A stretch of 61,900 nucleotides of DNA from Rhodanobacteraceae bacterium (GTDB taxonomy: Bacteria; Pseudomonadota; Gammaproteobacteria; Xanthomonadales; Rhodanobacteraceae): assembly GCA_036568625.1 (NCBI GenBank), contig DATCSF010000047.1, positions 1 through 61,900 of the forward strand, written 5' to 3'. Position 1 is the stretch's first letter. Each line of letters starts with the position of its first letter. The notes beneath the pieces were generated by a model. It was given only the letters and a program-made list of their open reading frames with translations, was not told where the DNA came from and did no database searches. This document shows, one piece after another, positions 8,154 through 16,690 of the stretch. Both the position numbers and the translations under genes were made by a program.

Positions 8154-9341
8154 ATGACCCGCATTGCATCCTGTACGCGCGCCGTGCGTGCCGGCATCGA
8201 AACGGAAACCCAGCACGGCGCGGTGGTGCCGCCGCTGCATCTTTCGACCAATTATTCGTTCGCGGGCTTCAACGAGAAACGCGCCTACGATTACTCGCGC
8301 AGCGGCAATCCCACCCGTGATCTCCTGGCCGGCGCGCTGGCCGACCTGGAACAGGGGGCGGGTGCGGTGGTGACGGCCAGCGGCATGGCCGCGGTCGCGC
8401 TGGCACTGGAATTGGCGCCCGCGGGCGGCAAGATATTGGCTGCGCATGATTGCTACGGTGGCACCTGGCGGCTGCTGGATGCATGGGCGAGGAAAGAGCG
8501 CTTCGGCGTGCGCTTCGCCGATCTGACCGATCCCGCCGCGCTGGCCGAAGGCCTCGCGGAAAATCCTTCGCTGGTGTGGGTGGAGACGCCCTCGAACCCG
8601 CTGCTGCGCATCGCCGACATCCGCCACATCGCGCAGGCCGCGCACGCGGCGGGTGCCTTGTGCGTGGTCGACAACACCTTCCTGTCGCCGGCCTTGCAGC
8701 AGCCGTTGACGCTGCGCGCCGACGTGGTGGTGCATTCGACCACCAAGTACATCAACGGCCACAGCGATGTGGTCGGTGGCGCGGTGATCGCGCGCGAACC
8801 CGAGCTGGCAGAAAAGGTGAAGTGGTGGGGCAACTGCCTTGGCCTCACCGGCGCGCCGTTCGACAGTTGGTTGACGCTGCGCGGCTTGCGTACGCTGTCG
8901 GCGCGCCTGCGCGTGCACCAGGAGAATGCCACCGCGTTGGCCGACCTCTTGAACGGACATCCGGCAGTCGCACGGGTGTTCTATCCGGGACTGGCCTCGC
9001 ATCCGCAGCATGCACTGGCGAAGCGCCAGCAATCCGGCTTCGGCGCGATGCTCTCGTTCGAGCTGGCGGGCGGCGAGGACGCGGTGCGCGCATTCCTCGC
9101 CGGCCTTGAGTGCATCACGCTGGCCGAATCGCTGGGCGGCGTGGAAAGCCTCATCGCGCATCCGGCGACCATGACCCACGCGGCGATGACGCCGGAGGCG
9201 CGCCGCGCCGCCGGCATTTCCGACACGCTGCTGCGCCTTTCCGTCGGCATCGAGGATGCCGACGACCTGTGCCACGACCTGCGCGCGGCTTTGGCGCGCG
9301 CCGACGCGGTGTCGCGAAAACGTGTGGCAGTTCCGGCATGA
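8154..9341 (+). CDS. metB: PLP-dependent cystathionine gamma-synthase / O-succinylhomoserine (thiol)-lyase
   Basis: Cys/Met-metabolism PLP family, with STTKYINGHSD containing the PLP lysine. The ATG lies 2 nt after the metX stop, with GGAG 7 nt upstream. Confidence 0.85.
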   Translation: MTRIASCTRAVRAGIETETQHGAVVPPLHLSTNYSFAGFNEKRAYDYSRSGNPTRDLLAGALADLEQGAGAVVTASGMAAVALALELAPAGGKILAAHDCYGGTWRLLDAWARKERFGVRFADLTDPAALAEGLAENPSLVWVETPSNPLLRIADIRHIAQAAHAAGALCVVDNTFLSPALQQPLTLRADVVVHSTTKYINGHSDVVGGAVIAREPELAEKVKWWGNCLGLTGAPFDSWLTLRGLRTLSARLRVHQENATALADLLNGHPAVARVFYPGLASHPQHALAKRQQSGFGAMLSFELAGGEDAVRAFLAGLECITLAESLGGVESLIAHPATMTHAAMTPEARRAAGISDTLLRLSVGIEDADDLCHDLRAALARADAVSRKRVAVPA

Positions 9342-10420
9342 GTGCGGTGCCGGCGCAAGCAGCGTTCGCTCCGCGCACGGCGACGCGGCCTGACGTCGCG
9401 GTGGTGCTGTTCGGCACCGGCAAGGTCGGCGGCGCATTCCTGCAACTGCTGCGGACCCCCGCTGGCGAAAACCTGCGCCTGCTCGGTGCGGCCAATTCGC
9501 GTCATCAGCAAACGCAGCCTGCCGCCCTGGCCGAGCGCCGTCTGCGCGAGCGGCTGGATGCCGGCGGTGAACCGCGCGACGACGCGGCGCTTCTGCGCGC
9601 CTTGCACGCGAGCGCGGCGCCAATCCGGGTCGTCATCGACGCCACGGCCTCGGCGGAACTCGCCCAACGGCATCCCGAATGGCTGGCGCACGGCTGTCAC
9701 GTCGTCACCGCCAACAAGGCCTTGGCGGGTGGTGAATTGAATGGATGGCGCGTGCTGCAGGCGGCGTGCGCACACGGCGTCCGCTACGGTGACAGTGCCA
9801 CCGTGGGCGCGGGCCTGCCGGCGCTCTCCACGGTGCGGCGTCTGCATGTCTGCGGCGACAAGCTGACGCGCATCGAAGGCGTATTCTCGGGCTCGTTCTC
9901 GTACCTGTTCAACCATTACGATGGCCGGCAGCCTTTCTCGATCTTGCTGCGCGAAGCGTGCGCGCTCGGCTACACCGAGCCCGATCCGCGCGCGGACCTT
10001 TCCGGCGAGGACGTCGCGCGCAAATTGCTGATCCTGGCGCGCGCGGCGGGTTTCCCGCTGGATCGCGCGGACGTCGAAGTCGAAAACCTGGTGCCGGAAC
10101 CGTTGCGGGAGCTGTCGCGCGATGCGTTCCTCGAGCGTCTCTGCGAGCTCGACGCCGCGATCGCGGCGCGGCACGCCGCGGCCGTTTCGCGCGATTGCGT
10201 GTTGCGTTATCTCGCGCACTTCGAAGCCGAAGGCAGGGCAAGGGTTGCGCTGGCCGAAGTGCCGGTGTCGCACCCTTCGGCGCACTTGCTGGGCGCGGAC
10301 AATCTGTTTGCCTTCAGCACCTCGCGCTACCAGCAACGCCCGCTGGTGATCCAGGGCGCGGGCGCGGGCCCGGAGGTCACCGCGCAGGCGTTGCTGGGCG
10401 ACGTACTTGCCTTGAACTGA
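9338..10420 (+). CDS. hom: Homoserine dehydrogenase
   Basis: Its ATG overlaps the metB stop (ATGA). It has the NAD-binding motif VVLFGTGKVGGAF and a catalytic domain with GAGAGPEVTA near the C-terminus. Confidence 0.85.
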   Translation: MSAVPAQAAFAPRTATRPDVAVVLFGTGKVGGAFLQLLRTPAGENLRLLGAANSRHQQTQPAALAERRLRERLDAGGEPRDDAALLRALHASAAPIRVVIDATASAELAQRHPEWLAHGCHVVTANKALAGGELNGWRVLQAACAHGVRYGDSATVGAGLPALSTVRRLHVCGDKLTRIEGVFSGSFSYLFNHYDGRQPFSILLREACALGYTEPDPRADLSGEDVARKLLILARAAGFPLDRADVEVENLVPEPLRELSRDAFLERLCELDAAIAARHAAAVSRDCVLRYLAHFEAEGRARVALAEVPVSHPSAHLLGADNLFAFSTSRYQQRPLVIQGAGAGPEVTAQALLGDVLALN

Positions 10421-10423
10421 CGG

Positions 10424-12094
10424 TCAGCGCTCGGTCACGAGTTCGGCCGTCTCCTCATCAGGCGGTACCATCACGGCGCCGGGGTGTGCGTGCGCCACCA
10501 TCTTGATTGCCTCCACTTCCGGCGTGCGCCAGCCGCACGCCAGCCCCCACGCGAAGAATCCCACCGCGACCACCGCGACGATCAGCAAATCCCACCCGTA
10601 GGGGATATATCCGTGCCCGCCGAATTTCGCGCTGCCGGCCCAGGACATTGCAGCAATCGCGGGCAGATAGAAGATCAGCCACAGCGCGCCGCGCACCTGC
10701 AGCATCAAATCCGCGCCGCCACGCCTCACCGCGTACCACAGCCAGATCGGCAGCGCGACGACCATCAGCAGGATGATTTCGCCGGTGCGGGGCCAGCGCG
10801 CCCAGTACAGCAATTCGGTCGCGAACACGAACGCCAGTCCCGCGATCACGTGCAGTAACGGAAGCCGCAGCGGCCGGTGCAAGTCCGGCGCGGTGCGCCT
10901 GAGTACCGACACGCTGACCGGCCCGGTGAGGTAGGAAATGATCGTCGCCACCGAAATCACCTCGGCCAGCGTGGCCCAGCCGCGGAAGAAGAACATGAAA
11001 ATGAAGGCTACCACCAGGTTCAGCCACATCGCCGGGCGCGGAATGCCGAAGCGCGGATGCACGCGTCCGAACACCTTCGGCAGGGTGCCGTTGCGCTCCA
11101 TGCCGTAGATCATCCGCGCGGTGGTCGCGGTGTAAGTGGCGCCGGTGCCGGACGGGCTGATGAACGCGTCGGAGTACAGCAGCAGCGCCAGCCAGTTGAG
11201 GTTCAATGCCAGCGCCAGTTGCGCGAACGGCGATGAGAAATCCAGCGCATACCAGCCGCCCTTCGCAAGGTCCGCCGGTTCCATCGCGCCCAGGAACGCC
11301 ACCTGCAGCAGCAGATACACGATGGTCGCCAGCACGATCGAGCCGATGATCCCGAACGGCACGTTGCGGCCCGGATTCTTGGCTTCGCCCGCAAGATTCA
11401 CCGGGCTCTGGAAACCGTTGAAGCTGAACACGATGCCGCTGATCGCGACTGCGGTGAGGATCGCCGAAATGCTGTAGGCGTGCGGCCCGCCGTGTGCACC
11501 GATGTGGAAGTTCTCGGGATGGAACGACGTCGCCATCAGTGCGATCGCGGTCAGCGCCGGCACGATCAGTTTGTAGATCGTGATCCACGCGTTGGTCTTC
11601 GCGAAAAGATTCACGCTCCAGTAGTTCAGCAGGAAGTACACGATCACCAGCGCCGCAGCGATCGCGAGGCCGGTGGTGCTCAAGGTGCCCGCGCCGCCCG
11701 CTGCATGATGGTAAAGATCCTGCGCCCACTGCCACGGCCACGACGCCATGTATTGCACCGAGGCCTCGGCTTCCACCGGAATCACCGACGCAATCGCGAT
11801 CCAGTTGGCCCACGCCGCGATGAATCCCACCAGCGTGCCATGCGAATACTGCCCGTAGCGCACCATGCCGCCCGATTCGGGAAACATCGCGCCGAGTTCG
11901 GCGTAGGTCACCGCGATGAACAGGATCACCACCGCGCCGATCACCCACGCCCAGATCGCCCCCGGCCCCGCAAGCTGCGCCGCGCGCCAGGCGCCGAACA
12001 GCCAGCCCGAGCCGATGATCGAGCCCAGGCCCGTGAACATCAGCGCCCATGCGCCGACGTTGCGGCGGATTGCGTTTTCGTGACTCATGCCCAA
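10424..12094 (-). CDS. APC-superfamily amino acid permease
   Basis: 556 aa, about 12 hydrophobic segments, N-terminal GLGSIIGSGWLFG signature. It is convergent with hom. Confidence 0.85.
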   Translation of the reverse strand: MGMSHENAIRRNVGAWALMFTGLGSIIGSGWLFGAWRAAQLAGPGAIWAWVIGAVVILFIAVTYAELGAMFPESGGMVRYGQYSHGTLVGFIAAWANWIAIASVIPVEAEASVQYMASWPWQWAQDLYHHAAGGAGTLSTTGLAIAAALVIVYFLLNYWSVNLFAKTNAWITIYKLIVPALTAIALMATSFHPENFHIGAHGGPHAYSISAILTAVAISGIVFSFNGFQSPVNLAGEAKNPGRNVPFGIIGSIVLATIVYLLLQVAFLGAMEPADLAKGGWYALDFSSPFAQLALALNLNWLALLLYSDAFISPSGTGATYTATTARMIYGMERNGTLPKVFGRVHPRFGIPRPAMWLNLVVAFIFMFFFRGWATLAEVISVATIISYLTGPVSVSVLRRTAPDLHRPLRLPLLHVIAGLAFVFATELLYWARWPRTGEIILLMVVALPIWLWYAVRRGGADLMLQVRGALWLIFYLPAIAAMSWAGSAKFGGHGYIPYGWDLLIVAVVAVGFFAWGLACGWRTPEVEAIKMVAHAHPGAVMVPPDEETAELVTER

Positions 12095-12171
12095 ACCGTC
12101 CCCGAAAAAGAGCCGATGATCGCAGAACTCGCCCCGCGTGTCCGGTTGGTGATGGTCATGCAGCTTTTATT

Positions 12172-12312
12172 CCTCTCCCTCCAGGAGAGAGGGTGGCGCG
12201 TAACGCCGGGTGAGGGTCCGCACTCGCGGTCGACCACTTCGGTGCGAGATTGCCAGGTCATTACGCACCGTACCCCTCACCCCTACCTTCTCCCGGCGGG
12301 AGAGGGGTTGAG
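12172..12312. repeat. Composite inverted-repeat element (two hairpin plus GGGTGAGGG units in opposite orientation)
   Basis: The left arm is CCTCTCCCTCCAGGAGAGAGGGTGGCGCGTAACGCCGGGTGAGGGT. The right arm is ACCCCTCACCCCTACCTTCTCCCGGCGGGAGAGGGG. They flank a 53-nt spacer that has its own CGCAC/GTGCG stem. Confidence 0.6.
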
Positions 12313-12403
12313 CAAATGCGGGCGCACCTGAATCCCTCGCCTCAATGGACTACACTCGCGCGAGCGGAGGCCGGGACGTACCCGGCGGGGAATCCTTGCA
12401 AGC

Positions 12404-14275
12404 TTGGCATTCGACAAGCCCGGTTTTTTCGAAGAACTGAAGCGCCGCCACGTGGTGCGTGTGGCGATCGCGTATGCGGTGGCGGCATGGTTGCTGGTGC
12501 AAATCGCGACGCAGGTGTTTCCGTTCTTCGACATCCCCAACTGGGCGGTGCGCTTGGTGGTGATCCTGCTTGTGGTCGGCTTGCCGGTCGCGGTGGCCTT
12601 CGCATGGATTTACGAACTCACGCCCGAAGGCATCCGTCGCACCGAGGCCGCCGATTCACCCGGTGCGCGCAGCGAGCATGCCAGCCGCCAGATCGGCCGC
12701 AAGTTGAACACGGTGATCATCGCGGTGCTGGTGCTGGCGGTGGCGTTGCTGGGCTGGCGCGTCCTGACGTTGCGGCGTGCGTCGGCGCCATCCGCCGCGG
12801 CGCAGGTGCCGCCGCCCGCATCCTCGGCCGTGACGCAAGCGCCCGCCGACAGCGCTATCCCCGTGCCCGCCGCCATTCCGCAAAAATCCGTCGCGGTGCT
12901 GCCATTCGTCAACGACAGCGGCCAGAAGGACGAGCAGTTCTTCTCCGACGGCCTGTCGCAGGACCTGATCACCGCGCTCTCGCAGTTCGCGGGCCTGAAG
13001 GTCATCAACCGCGATTCGGCGTTCCAGTTCCGCGACAGCAAGGACAACATCAAGACCATCGCACGACAGCTCGGCGTCGCCCACATCCTGGAAGGCAGCG
13101 TGCAGCGCGCCGAAGGTGAAGTGCGCATCACTGCGACGCTGGTGAACGCCGCCGACGGCAGCATCCTGTGGTCGCAGCGCTACGACAGGCCATACAAAGA
13201 CTTGTTCGCGCTGCAGGATGCGATTACGCAATCGGTGGCGGATGCGCTCAAGGCAAAACTCCTGATCGCGCCCGGTGCGGCGGTGCAGAGTGACCGCCCG
13301 CTCAGCGGCAACCTGGATGCCTACACCGCGTACCTGCGCGGCATTACCGATTTCGCGCGCGCCGACGAAACTGGCGTCCGCCAAGCCATCGTCGCCTACC
13401 AGCGCGCGGTCACGATCGATCCCGGCTATGCGGCGGCGTGGGCTGCGCTGTCGCGGGCCTGGGCCCGCCTGGGCGGGGCCTACCAGGGTGGCAGGGCACA
13501 GCAACAGGCGTTCGCGGAGGCGCGGCGGGCGAGTGATAGGGCGCTGCAACTGGCTCCGGATCTCGCCGCCGCGCACAGTGCCCGCAGCTACCTGGCCTTT
13601 TCCAAGTCCGACTGGAGGGAAGCACAGTCCGAAGCCCAGCGCGCCCTGCAACTGGCGCCCAACGACGGCGATGCGAAGTACCTGTACGGTTCGGTGCTGG
13701 CCATGCTTGGCCAATGCCGGCGCGCGGCCGACCTCGTGCAGCAGGCTTTGGTGACCAATCCCCGCCATGCTGACTGGTATTACGCATTGTCCCAATATCT
13801 CGCCTGCAACGGCCGTATGGCGGACGCCCAGCAAGCTATTCGTACTGCGATCGCGCTGCAGCCACAGGGCACGGGCTCTCATGAGTGGGCGGCGGTTCTC
13901 GCGATCCTGCGCGGCGATGCCGGGGCTGCGCTGGCGGCCGCGCAAATGGAGCCGCCGGGGCCCTGGCACGATGTTGCGGTGGCGCTGGCCTTGCAGATCG
14001 GCCCCGATCGTGGCGCCTCCGGTGCGGCGTTGAAGAATCTGATCGCCAAGTATGCCGACCTTGGTCCTTACCAGATCGCCGAGACGTACGCGCTGCGCCG
14101 CGATCCGGATGCCGTGTTCCAGTGGCTGGACCGCGCGTGGAAGCAGCACGATCCCGGCGTCTCTTACCTGCTCAACGACCCGTTGATCCTGCGCTACCGC
14201 GACGACCCGCGCTTCGCGGCGTTCTGTAAAAAAGTGGGCTTGCCGACCACCACCGACGCGGTGGCGATGAAATAG
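12404..14275 (+). CDS. Membrane-anchored TPR-repeat protein with TolB-N-like periplasmic module
   Basis: 623 aa with a TTG start. It has an N-terminal TM helix, a SVAVLPFVNDSGQKDEQFFSDGLSQDLITALS module, then multiple TPR-like repeats. Confidence 0.8.
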   Translation: MAFDKPGFFEELKRRHVVRVAIAYAVAAWLLVQIATQVFPFFDIPNWAVRLVVILLVVGLPVAVAFAWIYELTPEGIRRTEAADSPGARSEHASRQIGRKLNTVIIAVLVLAVALLGWRVLTLRRASAPSAAAQVPPPASSAVTQAPADSAIPVPAAIPQKSVAVLPFVNDSGQKDEQFFSDGLSQDLITALSQFAGLKVINRDSAFQFRDSKDNIKTIARQLGVAHILEGSVQRAEGEVRITATLVNAADGSILWSQRYDRPYKDLFALQDAITQSVADALKAKLLIAPGAAVQSDRPLSGNLDAYTAYLRGITDFARADETGVRQAIVAYQRAVTIDPGYAAAWAALSRAWARLGGAYQGGRAQQQAFAEARRASDRALQLAPDLAAAHSARSYLAFSKSDWREAQSEAQRALQLAPNDGDAKYLYGSVLAMLGQCRRAADLVQQALVTNPRHADWYYALSQYLACNGRMADAQQAIRTAIALQPQGTGSHEWAAVLAILRGDAGAALAAAQMEPPGPWHDVAVALALQIGPDRGASGAALKNLIAKYADLGPYQIAETYALRRDPDAVFQWLDRAWKQHDPGVSYLLNDPLILRYRDDPRFAAFCKKVGLPTTTDAVAMK

Positions 14276-14343
14276 CGCCCGGTGAGCGAACCTCGTGCGA
14301 CCAGCTTTTGATCGCGGTTCCCGCGAAGGCGAGAATCCAGCTC

Positions 14344-14655
14344 ATGACACGCCATCCGACTGTCCACATCCTCGCGGGCCAATGCAATGGCACCTTGTAT
14401 GTCGGTGTCACCTCGAACCTGATCAAGCGCATTTGGAAACAAGCACGATGCCGTCGCAGGATTCACGAAGACATATCGCGTGCGTACGCTGGCTTACTTC
14501 GAACAACGCGACCCGATGGAGGCAGCCGTCGTCAGGGAAAAACAGATCAAGAAATGGAACCGTGCAGGAAGATTCGCTATATCGAGGAGAGTGATCCGGA
14601 ATGGCGAGACCTTCATTCGGAACTTGTTGGGCTGGATTCCCGCTTGCGTGGGAAT
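14344..14655 (+). pseudogene. GIY-YIG (UPF0213-like) nuclease gene disrupted by two opposite frameshifts
   Basis: The N-terminus MTRHPTVHILAGQCNGTLYVGVTSNLIKRIW reads in frame 1. The middle HDAVAGFTKTYRVRTLAYFEQRDPMEAAVVREKQIKKWNRAG reads in frame 2. The C-terminus IRYIEESDPEWRDL returns to frame 1. There is no nearby in-frame stop, and the 3' end runs into a REP-like hairpin. Confidence 0.6.
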
Positions 14656-14693
14656 GCCGCGCTCTGCGGGAACGATGGTAAATGCGAGACGCA

Positions 14694-16028
14694 TTACGCC
14701 GCCGCGAAGGCTTCGCGCGTGAGATTCAGCGGGTCGCCTGCGGTGCACACGACATCATCCTCGATGCGGATGCCGCCGTACTTGCGGAATGCATCGACCT
14801 TCTTCCAGACCACGTCTTTCGCCGCGGGCTTCGATTTCAATTCCTCGAGCAGCATGTCGATGAAATAGAGCCCCGGTTCGATGGTCGTGACCATGCCCGG
14901 CTCAAGCATTCGGGTGAGCCGAAGATAGGGATGCCCCTCGGGCTTCGGGATCGTGTCGCCTGCCTCGTCGCGCGCGAAGCCGGCGACGTCGTGTACCTGC
15001 AGGCCGATCAGGTGCCCGAGCCCGTGCGGGAAGAATGCCGATGAGATGCCGTTCGCGACGGCGGCTTCCGGCGAGCAGGCGATGAAACCTTGATCGTGCA
15101 TGGCCTGCATCAGCACGTGGTGCGCGTGGATGTGCAATTCGGGGTAACTCTGCCCGGCGCGCACCTTCGCGCAAAAACTTTGTTGCGCCTGTTCGACCGC
15201 GCCGATCAGCGCCTGGAATTCGCTCGCGTCGGGCGACGCATGCGTGCGCGTGATGTCGGAGGCGTAGCCGTGGAACTGGCCGCCGGCGTCGATCAGGAAG
15301 GAGCGTGCCTGTGCCGGCGGGTTGCGGTCGAAGTGCATGTAATGCAGCACCGCGCCGTGCGTGTCCAGCGCGATGATGTTGCCGTAGGGCAACTGGTGTT
15401 CGGCAAGACGCGTGGCATTCAGGTATTCGCAATGGATGTCGAACTCGGACAGCCCGTCGCGAAACGCGCGCTCCGCCGCGCGGTGGCCGTGCACGCCGAT
15501 CCTGCTGGCGACCCGCATCATGGTGATTTCGTACGGCGTCTTGAACGCACGCCGGTAGTGCAGCAGGTTCAACGCGGCTTCGGGGTTGTCGGGCACGAAG
15601 TCGCCGACCGCGGCGTTGACTTCGCCGATGATCGCGCAGCGCGAAGCCTCTTTCGGCAGATGGGCGCGCGCCGCCTCCGGCTTGTGGATGGTGATGATGT
15701 CGAAGTGCTCGGTCCAGTAGCCCGCCGGCGCAGCGGGCACGACGTGCCAATAATCGTGCGGCTGCAGGAAAATCAGTTTGGGCGTCTTGCCCGGCGTGCA
15801 AATGATCCAGCTTCCGGGCGCGTCGGTTAGCGGCAACCAGTGCAGAAAGTGCGGATTGGCCTTGAATGGATAATCCTGGTCGTCGAGGAACCAGCCATGC
15901 GGCATGCCGGCGGCGATCGCAAGCGTGTCGCGGCCACAGGCGACCAGTGCGTCGGCGCTGCGCTTTTCGATCTCGACGAGGTGAGCGGGGTAGAGCGCGG
16001 AAAGATTGTCTTGCGGCAAGGCGGTCAT
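14694..16028 (-). CDS. pepQ: Xaa-Pro dipeptidase (prolidase)
   Basis: 444 aa M24B family with metal-ligand motifs DAGGQFHGYASDITRT, HGLGHLIGLQVHD and EPGLYFI. Confidence 0.9.
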   Translation of the reverse strand: MTALPQDNLSALYPAHLVEIEKRSADALVACGRDTLAIAAGMPHGWFLDDQDYPFKANPHFLHWLPLTDAPGSWIICTPGKTPKLIFLQPHDYWHVVPAAPAGYWTEHFDIITIHKPEAARAHLPKEASRCAIIGEVNAAVGDFVPDNPEAALNLLHYRRAFKTPYEITMMRVASRIGVHGHRAAERAFRDGLSEFDIHCEYLNATRLAEHQLPYGNIIALDTHGAVLHYMHFDRNPPAQARSFLIDAGGQFHGYASDITRTHASPDASEFQALIGAVEQAQQSFCAKVRAGQSYPELHIHAHHVLMQAMHDQGFIACSPEAAVANGISSAFFPHGLGHLIGLQVHDVAGFARDEAGDTIPKPEGHPYLRLTRMLEPGMVTTIEPGLYFIDMLLEELKSKPAAKDVVWKKVDAFRKYGGIRIEDDVVCTAGDPLNLTREAFAAA

Positions 16029-16114
16029 GGCGGCGGCACTAATACGGATTCACTGAAGCTGGAATCGCCATGATGCGGCGATGCGTGCCGCAACGCAAAG
16101 ACCAGCGTGACGAG

Positions 16115-16210
16115 GCGTCATCATTCCGGCGCAAGCCGCAACCCAGCGACTTTCTGGACCCAAGTCGCTGGGTTCCGGATCGCGGCTACGCCGCGCCCGG
16201 AATGACGCCG
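16115..16210. repeat. REP-like nested palindrome (GTCGCTGGGTTCC family)
   Basis: The outer arms are GCGTCATCATTCCGGCGC / GCGCCCGGAATGACGC. The inner hairpin is ACCCAGCGACT...AGTCGCTGGGT. It is related to the copy at 45745-45877. Confidence 0.6.
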
Positions 16211-16244
16211 GATTTTGTGATCCGGTAGCGGGCCTCGGGTCGCG

Positions 16245-16348
16245 CTTGCAAAAAGTCAAGCCAAGGATGTCCGTTCTGATGTTGCTTGACCAAAGTGCCT
16301 GCCCGTCGCGGACCGGAACGAGGCAGCGATCATGGACGATCGCAAAAG
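16245..16348 (-). repeat. Stop-codon-abutting bipartite element, copy at the pilZ-domain gene 3' end
   Basis: On the minus strand, immediately after the TAG stop, it reads CTTTTGCGATCGTCCATGATCGCTGCCTCG ... ATCAGAACGGACATCCTTGGCTTGACTTTTTG. Both blocks are shared with the copies at 30566 and 36110. Confidence 0.55.
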
Positions 16349-16690
16349 CTACGCCGTGCCGTGTTCCAGCCACTTGTCCAGCGACGCGGCGGCCGCGCCG
16401 CTGATCGAGATGATGCGCAGGCCCGACCACTGGTAACCGTTGGTTGCCGCCAGCTCCGTCCACATGGTGTGCACGCCGGTTTCGATTTCAGCCGGCGCGC
16501 CCCGTGGGTCGGGTAGCCGGAATTTCAATTGATAAAGCGCGTCGTCGCGCAGCGGCCGATGGCAGATCAGCATCATGCCATTGCGCGAGAGGTTGCCGAC
16601 CCGGCCGATGTTTTCGCCGCTGATGCTGTCGACGACTTCGATGGGAGCCGGGGTCGGCTTGCGGGGGGCGCTGCGACGTTCGTCGTTCAT
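16349..16690 (-). CDS. PilZ-domain c-di-GMP receptor
   Basis: 113 aa. Both canonical motifs are present: RRSAPR (RxxxR) and NLSRNG ([D/N]xSxxG). Confidence 0.85.
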   Translation of the reverse strand: MNDERRSAPRKPTPAPIEVVDSISGENIGRVGNLSRNGMMLICHRPLRDDALYQLKFRLPDPRGAPAEIETGVHTMWTELAATNGYQWSGLRIISISGAAAASLDKWLEHGTA

